Shown here piece by piece: positions 8,764 through 17,613 of a stretch of 64,000 nucleotides of DNA. A program made the translations under genes and the position numbers. The DNA lies in the sequence record PP496438.1; one strand, 5' to 3'. The notes beneath the pieces are model-generated. The model worked only from the letters and a program-made list of their open reading frames with translations. It was not told where the DNA came from and searched no databases. Position 1 is the first letter of the stretch, and each line of letters begins with the position of its first letter.

Positions 8764-9485
8764 CAGACTATATACAGAGTATCTTATGGGGGTTAAAAAG
8801 GACCATCTTGCAATTATTTGGGTCATTAATTCCCTTTCATACCCTAAACCTCTATCTGTGAATACGGGGGTAGTTATCCCTAGATACATCCCTATTACCT
8901 GTGTCTATTGACCATGTAGACTCTATTCCCCTATCGGGGACTATAACCTCGAAAAAGGTTCCTAGCTTGCATGGGCTGGCCCACCCACCCCCGTGGCCCC
9001 ACCCGACCGCCCGGTTAAGGCCATACCTAGGGATTCCTTTCTCCCAGAGGGACCCCCAGCCGCCCATCCTTCCCCTGCTCCTCCCTTTCCTTCATCATCT
9101 ACACCCACCCAGCTATTGACTTACCATCTAGTGATCCTCCTTCCTCCAGCTTCTACATAGGCAGTTAGTTTCCCCATGCCTCTAAGTCCCTACGCTTCAT
9201 CATGCACTTATGCTCTGTAGTACTGATTCCCCCACATGCCCGTGACTTATGCTCTGGTGTCAGTATTCCCAGCCTCCCAGGTGAAAAGGGTGTCCATGTG
9301 CCGTGTGGGTTGTCCGGGGAATAGCGCCCGTGGATAGGGCTTCCAGGCGTGCGATATGGGGAGTTTTTCGGGGATGGGTAAGTCAGTATGGCTGGGAATG
9401 GGGAATGAAGCGCCTGCGAGCTTGTAGGAGCCCGTGGTTATTGGCGGGATATGCAGGACTGGGACGGGGGTTTCCTGCGGAGGTG
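8764..9485. other. Long non-coding, strand-skewed region; candidate replication origin
   Basis: Largest gene-free gap in the window. AT-rich segment ~8760-8960. + strand is C/T-rich to ~9290, then G-rich. 12-bp direct repeat ACTTATGCTCTG at 9206 and 9245. Only low-complexity ORFs. Confidence 0.4.
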
Positions 9486-9519
9486 AAAAAGCCCGCACGG
9501 CTTGGGACCGATACGGGCT
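9486..9519 (-). terminator. Intrinsic terminator ending the minus-strand accessory block
   Basis: AAAAAGCCCG-18 nt-CGGGCT. Confidence 0.6.
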
Positions 9520-9525
9520 CTGGTA

Positions 9526-9816
9526 TTACTTGACGTACTCGGGATGTCTCACTTGCGGGTGACACACGAAGTCAATGGACTGCACGGGTAAGATGAGTGG
9601 CACCGTGCCCTTATACTTGCGGATCAGCTGGGCGTATATCTCACCGTCCCACTTGCCCAGCTCATTCGCTTGACTAACTCTCTCATCTAGGGAGAGCCGG
9701 GTTGCCGCTGACCAGCAGTCTGACTTGGCTGTGGGTCCGTCGAACGTCTGGATCGGCGTGTAGCCGTTGTGCAACGCGGTGAAGACCGCGAGCATCAGGA
9801 AGTAACCCGTGTTCAT
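9526..9816 (-). CDS. Hypothetical exported/membrane-anchored protein
   Basis: Hydrophobic N-terminus (YFLMLAVFTAL), two Cys, ATGA overlap with the upstream gene. Confidence 0.55.
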   Translation of the reverse strand: MNTGYFLMLAVFTALHNGYTPIQTFDGPTAKSDCWSAATRLSLDERVSQANELGKWDGEIYAQLIRKYKGTVPLILPVQSIDFVCHPQVRHPEYVK

Positions 9817-10652
9817 TTTAGTATCTCGATAGGTGGCTTCTTGGCGTTGGGGTTCGGACGGGGTTTACTGTCAGGGTTCAGGGTCGCCGGTTCCCTCCAT
9901 TCGTACCTCGCCGGTCTTTCCTCTGTGCCCACGGTGTCGTCACCCGGCAATTCATCTATCAGCTTGTAGTAGCCAGTGGCCTGATCAATCGTGGGTTCCA
10001 CATAGATCTTGGTGTGGATGGCCCCTTGCCTACTGACACATAACCTGCGAATGACCGGGTGTTCCTTAGTGCCGAACCTCGGCCCTCCAACCAGACTGGC
10101 TGTGTAATACGTCGGCCCCTCCGGTGGAATCTCTACGTATGTGCCGGGTACGTTCCCGTGATATAGCGGGGGATTAGTCTGCGTGCTGCCCGGCGTCACC
10201 GCATCTGGTCCGTCCGGCGTGCCTTTCATCTTCATGCGATACACGCGGATCATCTCATGCAGTTCGCCGCCCGGCTTTAACGCGTCTGGGTCATCCGCGT
10301 GAATGAAGGCCAGCATGTCGATAGCGTCTACTTCAAAGCCTATCGCCTCAAACGGGATCAGCTGGAACTCCTGATACACGCCGGGGATCGGATCTTGCGG
10401 TCGGTACAACGCGACCACTCTTCCTTTGCCCGGCTCGACGCCGAGTACGCTTTCGTCTCGACCCACCCACATCTCACGTGATCCCGGCACACTAGCTGGC
10501 ACGTGTTCGATAGTACCTTTCGGGTAGTGCGCGTTGAACGTGGCAGTGAAGCACCGCAGGTTGCCCTTGTAGCAGCGGAACGGTTTGGTCTCTCTGGCGT
10601 GACGGGTCAGTGGGTTGTTCATCGGTGTAGAGTGTTCGACGATCAAGCTCAT
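9813..10652 (-). CDS. Hypothetical protein (279 aa)
   Basis: Long ORF, RBS GAGGA, co-oriented with neighbours. Confidence 0.7.
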   Translation of the reverse strand: MSLIVEHSTPMNNPLTRHARETKPFRCYKGNLRCFTATFNAHYPKGTIEHVPASVPGSREMWVGRDESVLGVEPGKGRVVALYRPQDPIPGVYQEFQLIPFEAIGFEVDAIDMLAFIHADDPDALKPGGELHEMIRVYRMKMKGTPDGPDAVTPGSTQTNPPLYHGNVPGTYVEIPPEGPTYYTASLVGGPRFGTKEHPVIRRLCVSRQGAIHTKIYVEPTIDQATGYYKLIDELPGDDTVGTEERPARYEWREPATLNPDSKPRPNPNAKKPPIEILK

Positions 10653-10687
10653 GTTGCATTCCTCTTAGGGGTAGTGGGGTGTTGCGG

Positions 10688-11020
10688 TTAGTCGTTGAAC
10701 TCTGCTGGATCGAAGCCGTGCTGCTCGCACCAGTCCCGGCGGCGCTCTACAATTTCACGTGCCTGCTCTTTGGAGTAGATGGCACAGCGGATCAGATCAC
10801 GGATATCCCCCATGCGCTTCCACATGTGGAACCCTTGATAGAAATCATCAAGTGCCTGTGTGTGTTCCTTGATCAGCGACGTGATGTGGAAAGACGGTTG
10901 GGTCAGCTTCATCAGCTCGGCGTGGTCTTTCGCGAACTGGGCCAGCTTGTTGCTCACCCAGATGTCGGCTTTGACTTGCAGCAGGGCGTAGTTGGTGTCA
11001 GTGTTCATGGTGTACCTCAT
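10688..11020 (-). CDS. Hypothetical protein (110 aa)
   Basis: Fits the gene array; helical amphipathic sequence. Confidence 0.6.
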   Translation of the reverse strand: MRYTMNTDTNYALLQVKADIWVSNKLAQFAKDHAELMKLTQPSFHITSLIKEHTQALDDFYQGFHMWKRMGDIRDLIRCAIYSKEQAREIVERRRDWCEQHGFDPAEFND

Positions 11021-11032
11021 TGGGGTAGTGGA

Positions 11033-11566
11033 TTATTTCTTCATGCCTTGGCGCACGAACGTGAGTGGTTCGAAGGGTGGTCTCTCAAACCACGATACGG
11101 GGTTTGCTCTCTCCAATCCGGCACGCCACCCCAGATAAAAACTGGCGGTGACGATGGACTGACGACGGTTAGTTATCTCGATCCTTCCAGTTGCCATCAG
11201 CGTCTTGATGTCCACGAAACCCGTACGCTCGACCTCGATGTCAACTTTGCTCCAGTGCTCCTTCGTCTTAGCGAAGTCGGATACAGCTTTCGGTTTGAAC
11301 AATTTCTTGTCGGTGAAATACACGACGGGGTTGGTGATCTTACCCAGTGCACGATCTGAGCGGCTGGTGTGATACCAAGCCTCATGAACTACGCTGGCAA
11401 TGTCTCCCACCCCGATACGCGCAGCCAGGCATTGCCATACGGTCGGGGCAAAGCACACACGCAGCGTCTCAGCGCATTCGTCGCGGTTCCTGCCGATTGG
11501 CACCTTGGCCTTCAGGATGACGTGCTTGCCTAGATCTTTCACGGACACGTGATAAAAGCGGGGCAT
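11033..11566 (-). CDS. Hypothetical protein, possibly ADP-ribosyltransferase-like fold
   Basis: FYHVS strand, RVCFAPT strand and a late EHW motif resemble the H-x-S/T ... F-S/A ... E arrangement of ART folds; RBS AGGAAG. Confidence 0.4.
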   Translation of the reverse strand: MPRFYHVSVKDLGKHVILKAKVPIGRNRDECAETLRVCFAPTVWQCLAARIGVGDIASVVHEAWYHTSRSDRALGKITNPVVYFTDKKLFKPKAVSDFAKTKEHWSKVDIEVERTGFVDIKTLMATGRIEITNRRQSIVTASFYLGWRAGLERANPVSWFERPPFEPLTFVRQGMKK

Positions 11567-11613
11567 GGTGTGGCTTCCTATTGGACAGTGGGGCGGCAGT
11601 GTGCCGCACGTGC

Positions 11614-11643
11614 ATGATATCAGATGGGAACCATGGGTGTCAA
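11614..11643 (-). promoter_or_regulatory. sigma70-type (early) promoter
   Basis: On -: TTGACA (11643-11638), 18-nt spacer, TATCAT (11619-11614), immediately downstream of a terminator. Confidence 0.65.
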
Positions 11644-11662
11644 CACCCGACCGACGCAGGTG

Positions 11663-11696
11663 AAAAAGCCCACGCAGCGGCTAGGCAGGTGGGCTT
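11663..11696 (-). terminator. Intrinsic terminator
   Basis: AAAAAGCCCAC-15 nt-GTGGGCTT. Confidence 0.7.
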
Positions 11697-11700
11697 GAGG

Positions 11701-11991
11701 TCAAACGAGCTTCAATACTGGCCTTGGTTTTTCACCTACGTCAACGGACGCATGTAGTTCCAGATCAAGTGCGAGCCGTATTAAGTCCGAGTAGGGCTCT
11801 CGTGAGTGTGCCCAAACGTCTGGCAGTGTCGTGCGGTAGACGTGGACAACCGTGTGCAGCTCTTCCTTGGCGTAAACACCTGCCCGCATCAACTGAGTAA
11901 CCCGTGCACGCACCTTGGGTGTGATCCACGTGATCAGATCCTCATACGTTCCGGTCCAGATCATCACCTGATGATTAACGCGCTTCGCCAC
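11701..11991 (-). CDS. Hypothetical protein, paralogue of 13771-14103
   Basis: Shared W-G--E-L---T, PDV and LKLV motifs; GTG start with RBS GAGG. Confidence 0.6.
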   Translation of the reverse strand: MAKRVNHQVMIWTGTYEDLITWITPKVRARVTQLMRAGVYAKEELHTVVHVYRTTLPDVWAHSREPYSDLIRLALDLELHASVDVGEKPRPVLKLV

Positions 11992-12316
11992 TGGACACCT
12001 CTTTGTTGGTCAGTATCCAGCCGATGCTCAGGACCAGACGTGGCCCATGGCACATAACCCTGTGTCGGTTGATGTCAGGACGGAACAGGTTGAAGCGACC
12101 CTTGATCTTGGCGTCCGGGCACTGGAACGCTGTAGTCGAACCTCGAAGCACGATGTTAAACCGCCAGTGTCTCTTGCCGGGAACTGGATCGGTATGCCAT
12201 GAGATTCCTTGTTTGTCCATGAACCGGATCAGGTACAGGTCACCATATCGGCACTGGAACAGCAGCATCTTGAGGTACTCCCCGCCACGACCTTGAACCC
12301 ACGTGAACCATTTCAC
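11975..12316 (-). CDS. Minimal 2OG-Fe(II) dioxygenase-like protein
   Basis: WHTDP (HxD) ... LFRPDINRHRV (distal His) ... PRLVLSIGW (Arg on last strand), the DSBH facial-triad pattern. Confidence 0.55.
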   Translation of the reverse strand: MKWFTWVQGRGGEYLKMLLFQCRYGDLYLIRFMDKQGISWHTDPVPGKRHWRFNIVLRGSTTAFQCPDAKIKGRFNLFRPDINRHRVMCHGPRLVLSIGWILTNKEVSSGEAR

Positions 12317-12612
12317 GCTTCACGCTCGAACGACTGGGCCGGGCGAGTCTTAGGCAAGGATGTCCGCTTGCCCTTGGACACACGGTTGATGAAGGTGGAG
12401 TAACGCACAGTACCCCTTGGGTCCCACCCCGCGTCCTTGGCCTTCTTGGTCACGGCACGGAACTCTTCCATTTCCTTTTCCGTAACCTCGACGTAGCCGT
12501 CGCGCTTGGCGTCACGAATGTTCTTCATATGGTCCTCACCGTCTTCAGGGCCGGACAACATTTGAACCATGCGGGTCTTGTGGTTGACGAAGTAACGTAT
12601 CTTGGCGGGCAT
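12313..12612 (-). CDS. Hypothetical basic protein (99 aa)
   Basis: Start moved to 12612 (MPAKIRYF, RBS GGAG); overlaps both neighbours. Confidence 0.6.
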   Translation of the reverse strand: MPAKIRYFVNHKTRMVQMLSGPEDGEDHMKNIRDAKRDGYVEVTEKEMEEFRAVTKKAKDAGWDPRGTVRYSTFINRVSKGKRTSLPKTRPAQSFEREA

Positions 12613-12941
12613 TATTTGGTTTCTCCTGCTACTGACTCGATGGCAATGATCTCTGCACCGATGAGCAGGCTCTTCAGCCATTCCTCACCACGTTCTTCTT
12701 CGTCCTCGATTCGGACGTCTCCCATCATAATGAATGGGCAGTCATTGTGCGTCTCGAGCTTGTCAAAGACTGTGTTTACGGCGGCGTCGATAACATCCCA
12801 GCCGGTGCAGTTGCCCCCGATCTTTACTTGCATCTCGGCGCGAAGCAATCCCGATGCGAAGGTCAATATAACGGTTTGGGTAACCTTGCCGCCGAACATT
12901 GCGAGAAAAGATCCGAGCTGTTCGTGATCATAGTTCAACAT
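12612..12941 (-). CDS. Hypothetical protein (109 aa)
   Basis: 1-nt overlaps on both sides. Confidence 0.6.
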   Translation of the reverse strand: MLNYDHEQLGSFLAMFGGKVTQTVILTFASGLLRAEMQVKIGGNCTGWDVIDAAVNTVFDKLETHNDCPFIMMGDVRIEDEEERGEEWLKSLLIGAEIIAIESVAGETK

Positions 12942-13765
12942 TAGTCTGTCCTCTTGATATTACCGGGTAGGGTGTAGGACCACGGCTTGACATAATCTGC
13001 CGGGCGGGTGTAGCCTATCAGGTCTTCACCTTCGTAGGGGCCGTGCTTCCACGGGTCAGTAATCTCTGCGCGTTCAAACCCGATGGACTCGTATAGCTTG
13101 ATCGCACCTTCGTTGTCCGGGTCCACGTTGAGATGGTGGGGCAAACCTTGGGTCAGTTCCCAAGACAGCAGGAATTCCAGCATGCCTGTGGCAACCCCGC
13201 GACGGCGGTAGTCTGGATCAACACTGATCTCCTTGACGAAGCACGCGTCCACCTTCTCGCTGTCTTCGTCTTCTTTGAACATCACAACGTCCATCAGCCC
13301 AACGACCTTGTTGTGCGCGGTCACGGTCACCCGTATCTCCTCCTGATCCGGTATATCTCCGCTCCAGCCATTCCATCTGGCCATGGTCACGGTGTACAGA
13401 TTGTGTTGCCCGTCGTGCTTGGGACTGTGCACCTGATGCAGTGCCCGTGCATTCTTCAACTCCATCTTGGCGCCGGGCTTGATGACCGGGAATTCCAGAT
13501 GCTTGATTTCCTTTTCAAGCATGATACCAATCTCGGAGTCTTTCGCTTTCTTGTCTTTGATGGTGGCTCGGTACACTGTGTCTGTGTCCGTGTTGTAAAC
13601 ACCCACCTTATCCGTCATCACCGTAATAGACGGCACAGCGGACCAGATGTACTCTTTGCAATGAGCTTTATCCGGGAATGCGAAGCCAACGGACTTGCCG
13701 TCTACAATGACCAGCCACGGGCAATGGCCGGGATGCGGAAACCGAAGGATCTTTTGTGTGGGCAT
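12941..13765 (-). CDS. GNAT (RimI-like) acetyltransferase with extra N-terminal domain
   Basis: VKEISVDPDYRRRGVATGML (acetyl-CoA motif A, R-x-x-G-x-A) and NVDPDNEGAIKLYESIGF (motif B). Confidence 0.85.
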   Translation of the reverse strand: MPTQKILRFPHPGHCPWLVIVDGKSVGFAFPDKAHCKEYIWSAVPSITVMTDKVGVYNTDTDTVYRATIKDKKAKDSEIGIMLEKEIKHLEFPVIKPGAKMELKNARALHQVHSPKHDGQHNLYTVTMARWNGWSGDIPDQEEIRVTVTAHNKVVGLMDVVMFKEDEDSEKVDACFVKEISVDPDYRRRGVATGMLEFLLSWELTQGLPHHLNVDPDNEGAIKLYESIGFERAEITDPWKHGPYEGEDLIGYTRPADYVKPWSYTLPGNIKRTD

Positions 13766-13770
13766 GACAC

Positions 13771-14103
13771 TTACCTCGAAGGGGCAGGGGATTTGATTGG
13801 TGTCACCAGCTTAAGACCGGTCGAACTGGCATTAAGACGTGGGACCGGGTTGATGGTCATCTTGGTCAACGGTGTCAATCCCAGCACACGGACTACTTCT
13901 TCCGGTAGCTCGGCACGCGTCCACACAACTACGTCTGGAGACACAGTGGACATCACGTAGATGGGCAAGTCATTGATCGCCCGTGCTTCCACTCGGTGCA
14001 CGGTCTTCAGCCGGTCCAGTGCTTCTTTGGTCAGAAAGGTGGTGAGTGACTCGACGCTACCCATCCAGGTCATGATGGGGATGTTGCGACTAGTAGAATT
14101 CAT
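13771..14103 (-). CDS. Hypothetical protein, paralogue of 11701-11991
   Basis: See paralogue motifs. Confidence 0.6.
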   Translation of the reverse strand: MNSTSRNIPIMTWMGSVESLTTFLTKEALDRLKTVHRVEARAINDLPIYVMSTVSPDVVVWTRAELPEEVVRVLGLTPLTKMTINPVPRLNASSTGLKLVTPIKSPAPSR

Positions 14104-14309
14104 TGTTCAATCCCTTGATCGAGTGGAGTTTCAAGTCTGGCGATAACCGAGTTCAACCAGATGATGCGGTTGTTGTAGCGCTGTTTCAGACGGCCTACCG
14201 GTGGATTATTCCCTTGCAGCACCCCGCACATTCTTTGCAGCTCAAGGCGAAGGGAAGCAATAGCCTGCTCGACGTGATTGCGGTCAGGATTAGAGTTCTC
14301 AGTGCTCAT
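14100..14309 (-). CDS. Hypothetical coiled-coil protein (69 aa)
   Basis: ATGA overlap, RBS AGGA. Confidence 0.55.
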   Translation of the reverse strand: MSTENSNPDRNHVEQAIASLRLELQRMCGVLQGNNPPVGRLKQRYNNRIIWLNSVIARLETPLDQGIEQ

Positions 14310-14323
14310 GTATCTTTCCTTTA

Positions 14324-14650
14324 TTACGGTTGGGTCAATGCAGATTCAAGTTTCTTGTAGCATGCTGCGACGATGCCTCTGGACATGCGGTCAGCCGCCC
14401 AAGAGTTTTGTAGCAGCAAGTGACTGTAGTGGAACAGATCACCTTGGAGCAACAAGTCGGACAGCTCCATCCGGTTGGCCAGATGAATAGAATAGTCCTC
14501 GTCTGCCAGATCCGCCACCTTCGGACCCCACGTGGCAATCACAGCATCGAGATTGGTTGGAACGACGGCCAGTGTCAGCACCGTCTCTCCCTTCACAACA
14601 CGCAGTCCCGCCAGCGTCTTGCTCACATACCGTTCAATGGTGATGCTCAT
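14324..14650 (-). CDS. Hypothetical protein
   Basis: Start moved to 14650 (MSITIERY), right after the upstream stop. Confidence 0.55.
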   Translation of the reverse strand: MSITIERYVSKTLAGLRVVKGETVLTLAVVPTNLDAVIATWGPKVADLADEDYSIHLANRMELSDLLLQGDLFHYSHLLLQNSWAADRMSRGIVAACYKKLESALTQP

Positions 14651-14651
14651 A

Positions 14652-15281
14652 TCAGATGTCCGCAATGATCTTCAGGATGAACGAACGTGCTGCTTCGTTC
14701 AGTGTCTCGATACCCTCCAGTGCTTTCTTCTTGGCTGGCTTATACGGTGACAGACGTTGCTCGTCTACGTGTTCTATTGCACCGTCATAGTCGAAGTCGA
14801 TGAACTCTGCTGACAGCAACCAATAGGCACACGCACGAGACGCAGCGAAGTGGAACTCCAAGAGTCCAGCAGGGTATTCTCTCATAACACCCTGACCCTC
14901 ATCATCGTGAAGACAGTACAGAGTATTGTAATCTTTGGGGCCGCCGGTGGTGAACTGGAAGGTGCGTTCCCCGATGTCCATCTTTTCGAACTCGGCAAAA
15001 TCTGCTTCGTTGAACGGCCAGTCAACGGCCTCGATGGATTGAACGACGCCACCTATAGTCCAAGTATAGGTTATTATTGGCGAGTCACCCATCTTATTTA
15101 TGCTGCCCTTGGAAACGGTCAGGACAGATACGTCTGGGTGCTGCATGGTCAGGAACAGGTTGCCGGTTTGCACATGAGACGGAACAAGTCCGATCTGCAT
15201 GGCACGCTGATATTCGTGGCGGCAGTCCAACCTGATGTGCAGTTTCGGTTTGGGTTTGCGTACCGGGGCCTTAGGTGGCAT
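14652..15281 (-). CDS. Hypothetical protein (209 aa)
   Basis: RBS GAGGA; GTAAAT motif upstream. Confidence 0.7.
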   Translation of the reverse strand: MPPKAPVRKPKPKLHIRLDCRHEYQRAMQIGLVPSHVQTGNLFLTMQHPDVSVLTVSKGSINKMGDSPIITYTWTIGGVVQSIEAVDWPFNEADFAEFEKMDIGERTFQFTTGGPKDYNTLYCLHDDEGQGVMREYPAGLLEFHFAASRACAYWLLSAEFIDFDYDGAIEHVDEQRLSPYKPAKKKALEGIETLNEAARSFILKIIADI

Positions 15282-15344
15282 GGTGTCTTCCTCGTTGGGT
15301 CAGTGGGCGGCGGCTTAGTGGCGCCGTGCTACCAGTATGGACTC

Positions 15345-15350
15345 ATTTAC
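15345..15350 (-). promoter_or_regulatory. GTAAAT putative phage promoter element
   Basis: ATTTAC on +, intergenic, just downstream of a terminator, 64 nt before the next start. Confidence 0.55.
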
Positions 15351-15369
15351 CCAGTCTGTCAAGTCCAAC

Positions 15370-15402
15370 AAAAAGCCCACCGCCGGTTAGGGTCAGTGGG
15401 CT
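15370..15402 (-). terminator. Intrinsic terminator after RNase H gene
   Basis: AAAAAGCCCAC-15 nt-GTGGGCT. Confidence 0.7.
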
Positions 15403-15406
15403 CAGG

Positions 15407-16069
15407 TCAAAACAAACTGTTCTTCGGTACACGTTGCGTCAATGCCTGCAATTCATCAAACGTAAATTGGAACCACTCATGATCTCCGGATACCAGACTA
15501 TCCGTGGGCTTGGCCTTCTTAGCCTGCTTCAAGATCAGCTTTCGCTGTTCCCCGGCCAGCACATCTGCCCGTTCATTCCCTACGTTGCCTTTGTGACCAC
15601 GCACCCATGACACCTTGGCATTGGTCTTCTCTTTCAACGCTTTGGCACATAACCATAGGTCGAAGTTGGCGACTGCCTCTCCATTAGCTTTGAGCCCACC
15701 TCGACGCATCCAGCCATCCAGATGATCAGTGAATCCCTTCTGCACGTATTGGCTGTCGGTTATCACCTGAACGGGTCGTGGCACTTGCCCGAAGATCTGT
15801 CGGTGCAGCATGTTGTAGCGGAAGGCGTCAGCCATGGCTGCAATAACACCTGACAGTTCCATGCGTGAGATCGTGGTGTCGTTGTATCCGGCGGCACGGT
15901 GACTGACCTCCAATACGTTAGTCAGGTCATTGAACTGTGCACGCAGTGGAGATAACACGGGGGCATTCAGGTCCACCATGCGGACAGCAGCCCAACCGCC
16001 AATACGGTCTTTCGATCCACAAGACCCATCGGTGTAGTACGTCAACGGTATGTTCTTCTTGCCACGCAT
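15407..16069 (-). CDS. rnhA: Ribonuclease HI
   Basis: YTDGSC...GGWAAV, TTISRMEL, VITDSQYV, NFDLW, WVRGHKGNVGNERADVLA. Confidence 0.92.
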   Translation of the reverse strand: MRGKKNIPLTYYTDGSCGSKDRIGGWAAVRMVDLNAPVLSPLRAQFNDLTNVLEVSHRAAGYNDTTISRMELSGVIAAMADAFRYNMLHRQIFGQVPRPVQVITDSQYVQKGFTDHLDGWMRRGGLKANGEAVANFDLWLCAKALKEKTNAKVSWVRGHKGNVGNERADVLAGEQRKLILKQAKKAKPTDSLVSGDHEWFQFTFDELQALTQRVPKNSLF

Positions 16070-16078
16070 GGTAGGACC

Positions 16079-16813
16079 TTACTTGGTGATTATCTTGTAG
16101 GTGAACAGTGCATCGGACAAGATGCGATGAACCCCGTCGGCTTTGTTTACGAACAGGTCAGCGATAGCTTCCGCATTGAGTGCCGGGTCGATCTGCCGAA
16201 CGGCGCCATCACCCATCACGTAGCCTTGATCCTGATCGCGGGTGCGTTCCTTGTCTTTCAGGATAGACAGGTGGATCACGCTACCGTAACGGAACATGAT
16301 CTGTGCACGTCCGTGCGCGGTGCTCTGGATACGATCAACGCTGTCCACTACCACCTGACCGTACGTCTGTGCGGCTTCCATAACGTGAGCAATCATCGGA
16401 GACGCATAACCGGGAGTGCACGCGTAACTAGAGCACTTCTGACCCAAGGTATGTTTCAGTGGATTGAACAACTGGAAGGCGGGCAAAGTCTTACCCATCG
16501 AATGTAGGCCGTTGTGAACATCAGTCTTGTCCGCCATCACGTGCCAGTTGCGCAGGAAGATCTGGCTACTGGAATGGACAAGATACGGGAGTCGCATCAG
16601 ATCCTCCATCCGGTCCACGAACAAGTGAACGTCGATGATGAACTTGTTCTCCACCTTAGTCCACCGACCGGGATTGGTACGCTCGATCTCGAGGAACCCG
16701 GTTAGGGTCAGGGCCTCTAGAATTACACCCTTGGCAAGCAGTGCGTCCCGGTCGGTCAGGTTGAACAGGGATTCGGAATGATCCCGGTCGGTGATTAAGG
16801 TAATGTAATTCAT
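16079..16813 (-). CDS. Hypothetical protein (244 aa)
   Basis: Long co-oriented ORF. Confidence 0.7.
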   Translation of the reverse strand: MNYITLITDRDHSESLFNLTDRDALLAKGVILEALTLTGFLEIERTNPGRWTKVENKFIIDVHLFVDRMEDLMRLPYLVHSSSQIFLRNWHVMADKTDVHNGLHSMGKTLPAFQLFNPLKHTLGQKCSSYACTPGYASPMIAHVMEAAQTYGQVVVDSVDRIQSTAHGRAQIMFRYGSVIHLSILKDKERTRDQDQGYVMGDGAVRQIDPALNAEAIADLFVNKADGVHRILSDALFTYKIITK

Positions 16814-16831
16814 GGTAGGGTACCTGGGTGC

Positions 16832-17140
16832 TTACAACTTCTGAGGACTGACGGTGACAACGCGGATGTCGGCGACGCCCGCACTGATCTGTAGTTCGAC
16901 TTTGATGAACAGGCTCTTGTCCTCGTTGGTGTAGTAATACACCGCGTTGGTACGCTTGAGGAAGAACTTTCCTTTGTTCTCACTGCGGTACACAGTGAAG
17001 TCTTCCATGTTGTCTTTCTTGAACGTGGTGAAGATCAGTTCACTGGTGATCTTGGCGACGGCTTTGGTGCCGAGGTCATCCAAGTCCCACTTTATCCCTA
17101 CACCGGTGGACTGTTGCACGAAGCTCGCGAGGGTAGTCAT
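16832..17140 (-). CDS. Hypothetical protein (102 aa)
   Basis: RBS GGAG, ATGA overlap. Confidence 0.6.
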   Translation of the reverse strand: MTTLASFVQQSTGVGIKWDLDDLGTKAVAKITSELIFTTFKKDNMEDFTVYRSENKGKFFLKRTNAVYYYTNEDKSLFIKVELQISAGVADIRVVTVSPQKL

Positions 17141-17613
17141 TTGGTCTCCAACACCCGAATGAAGTCGAGTGGATCTTTAATGATGGGGAAGAAGCAGTGT
17201 ATTACCTTTTCTAATCCGGTCTGTGACGGGTGAGGATCATGGATAATCTTGCCGTCGTACATCACGACCATGTGCTGGCATCCACGCTTCGACGGCCCAC
17301 CGGCTAGGTACAACGTAGGGAGTGCCAGATGAGTATCCCGCTGGGACAGGTGCATGCCACGGGATTCAAATGCCTCCTCCAAGTTGCACCAGAACGAATA
17401 GGAGCGTTCATCCTCGGCCACCGTTGTATCATCTACACTCGGGTAGAACTTACCTATCTGTTCCAGTGACAGACCGAACAAAGTAGCCACACAGGCCTCT
17501 GTGCAGTTACCCGAACCGGGACTACTGGAATCGAAGAGGGTAGTCTGATTGACCCGGCGGGCCATGGGCAGCAAAGCCACCGCGTCTTCCTTGCAATAGA
17601 AATCTACGCTCAT
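17137..17613 (-). CDS. Papain-like (C39-type) fold protein, putative
   Basis: Start moved to 17613. NQTT...GNCTEAC ... HMVV..DGKIIHDPHP gives a Q/C/H/D arrangement. Confidence 0.45.
   Translation of the reverse strand: MSVDFYCKEDAVALLPMARRVNQTTLFDSSSPGSGNCTEACVATLFGLSLEQIGKFYPSVDDTTVAEDERSYSFWCNLEEAFESRGMHLSQRDTHLALPTLYLAGGPSKRGCQHMVVMYDGKIIHDPHPSQTGLEKVIHCFFPIIKDPLDFIRVLETK

Noticed and set aside
8764-9485. Possible tRNA or CRISPR mini-array in the largest intergenic gap
   Set aside because: No GTTCRA T-loop/cloverleaf pattern; only one 12-bp repeat pair, not a regularly spaced array
8852-9498. Short ORFs in the non-coding gap (8852-9067, 8901-9119, 9247-9498)
   Set aside because: Low-complexity Pro/Gly products of the base skew, with no RBS or typical codon usage
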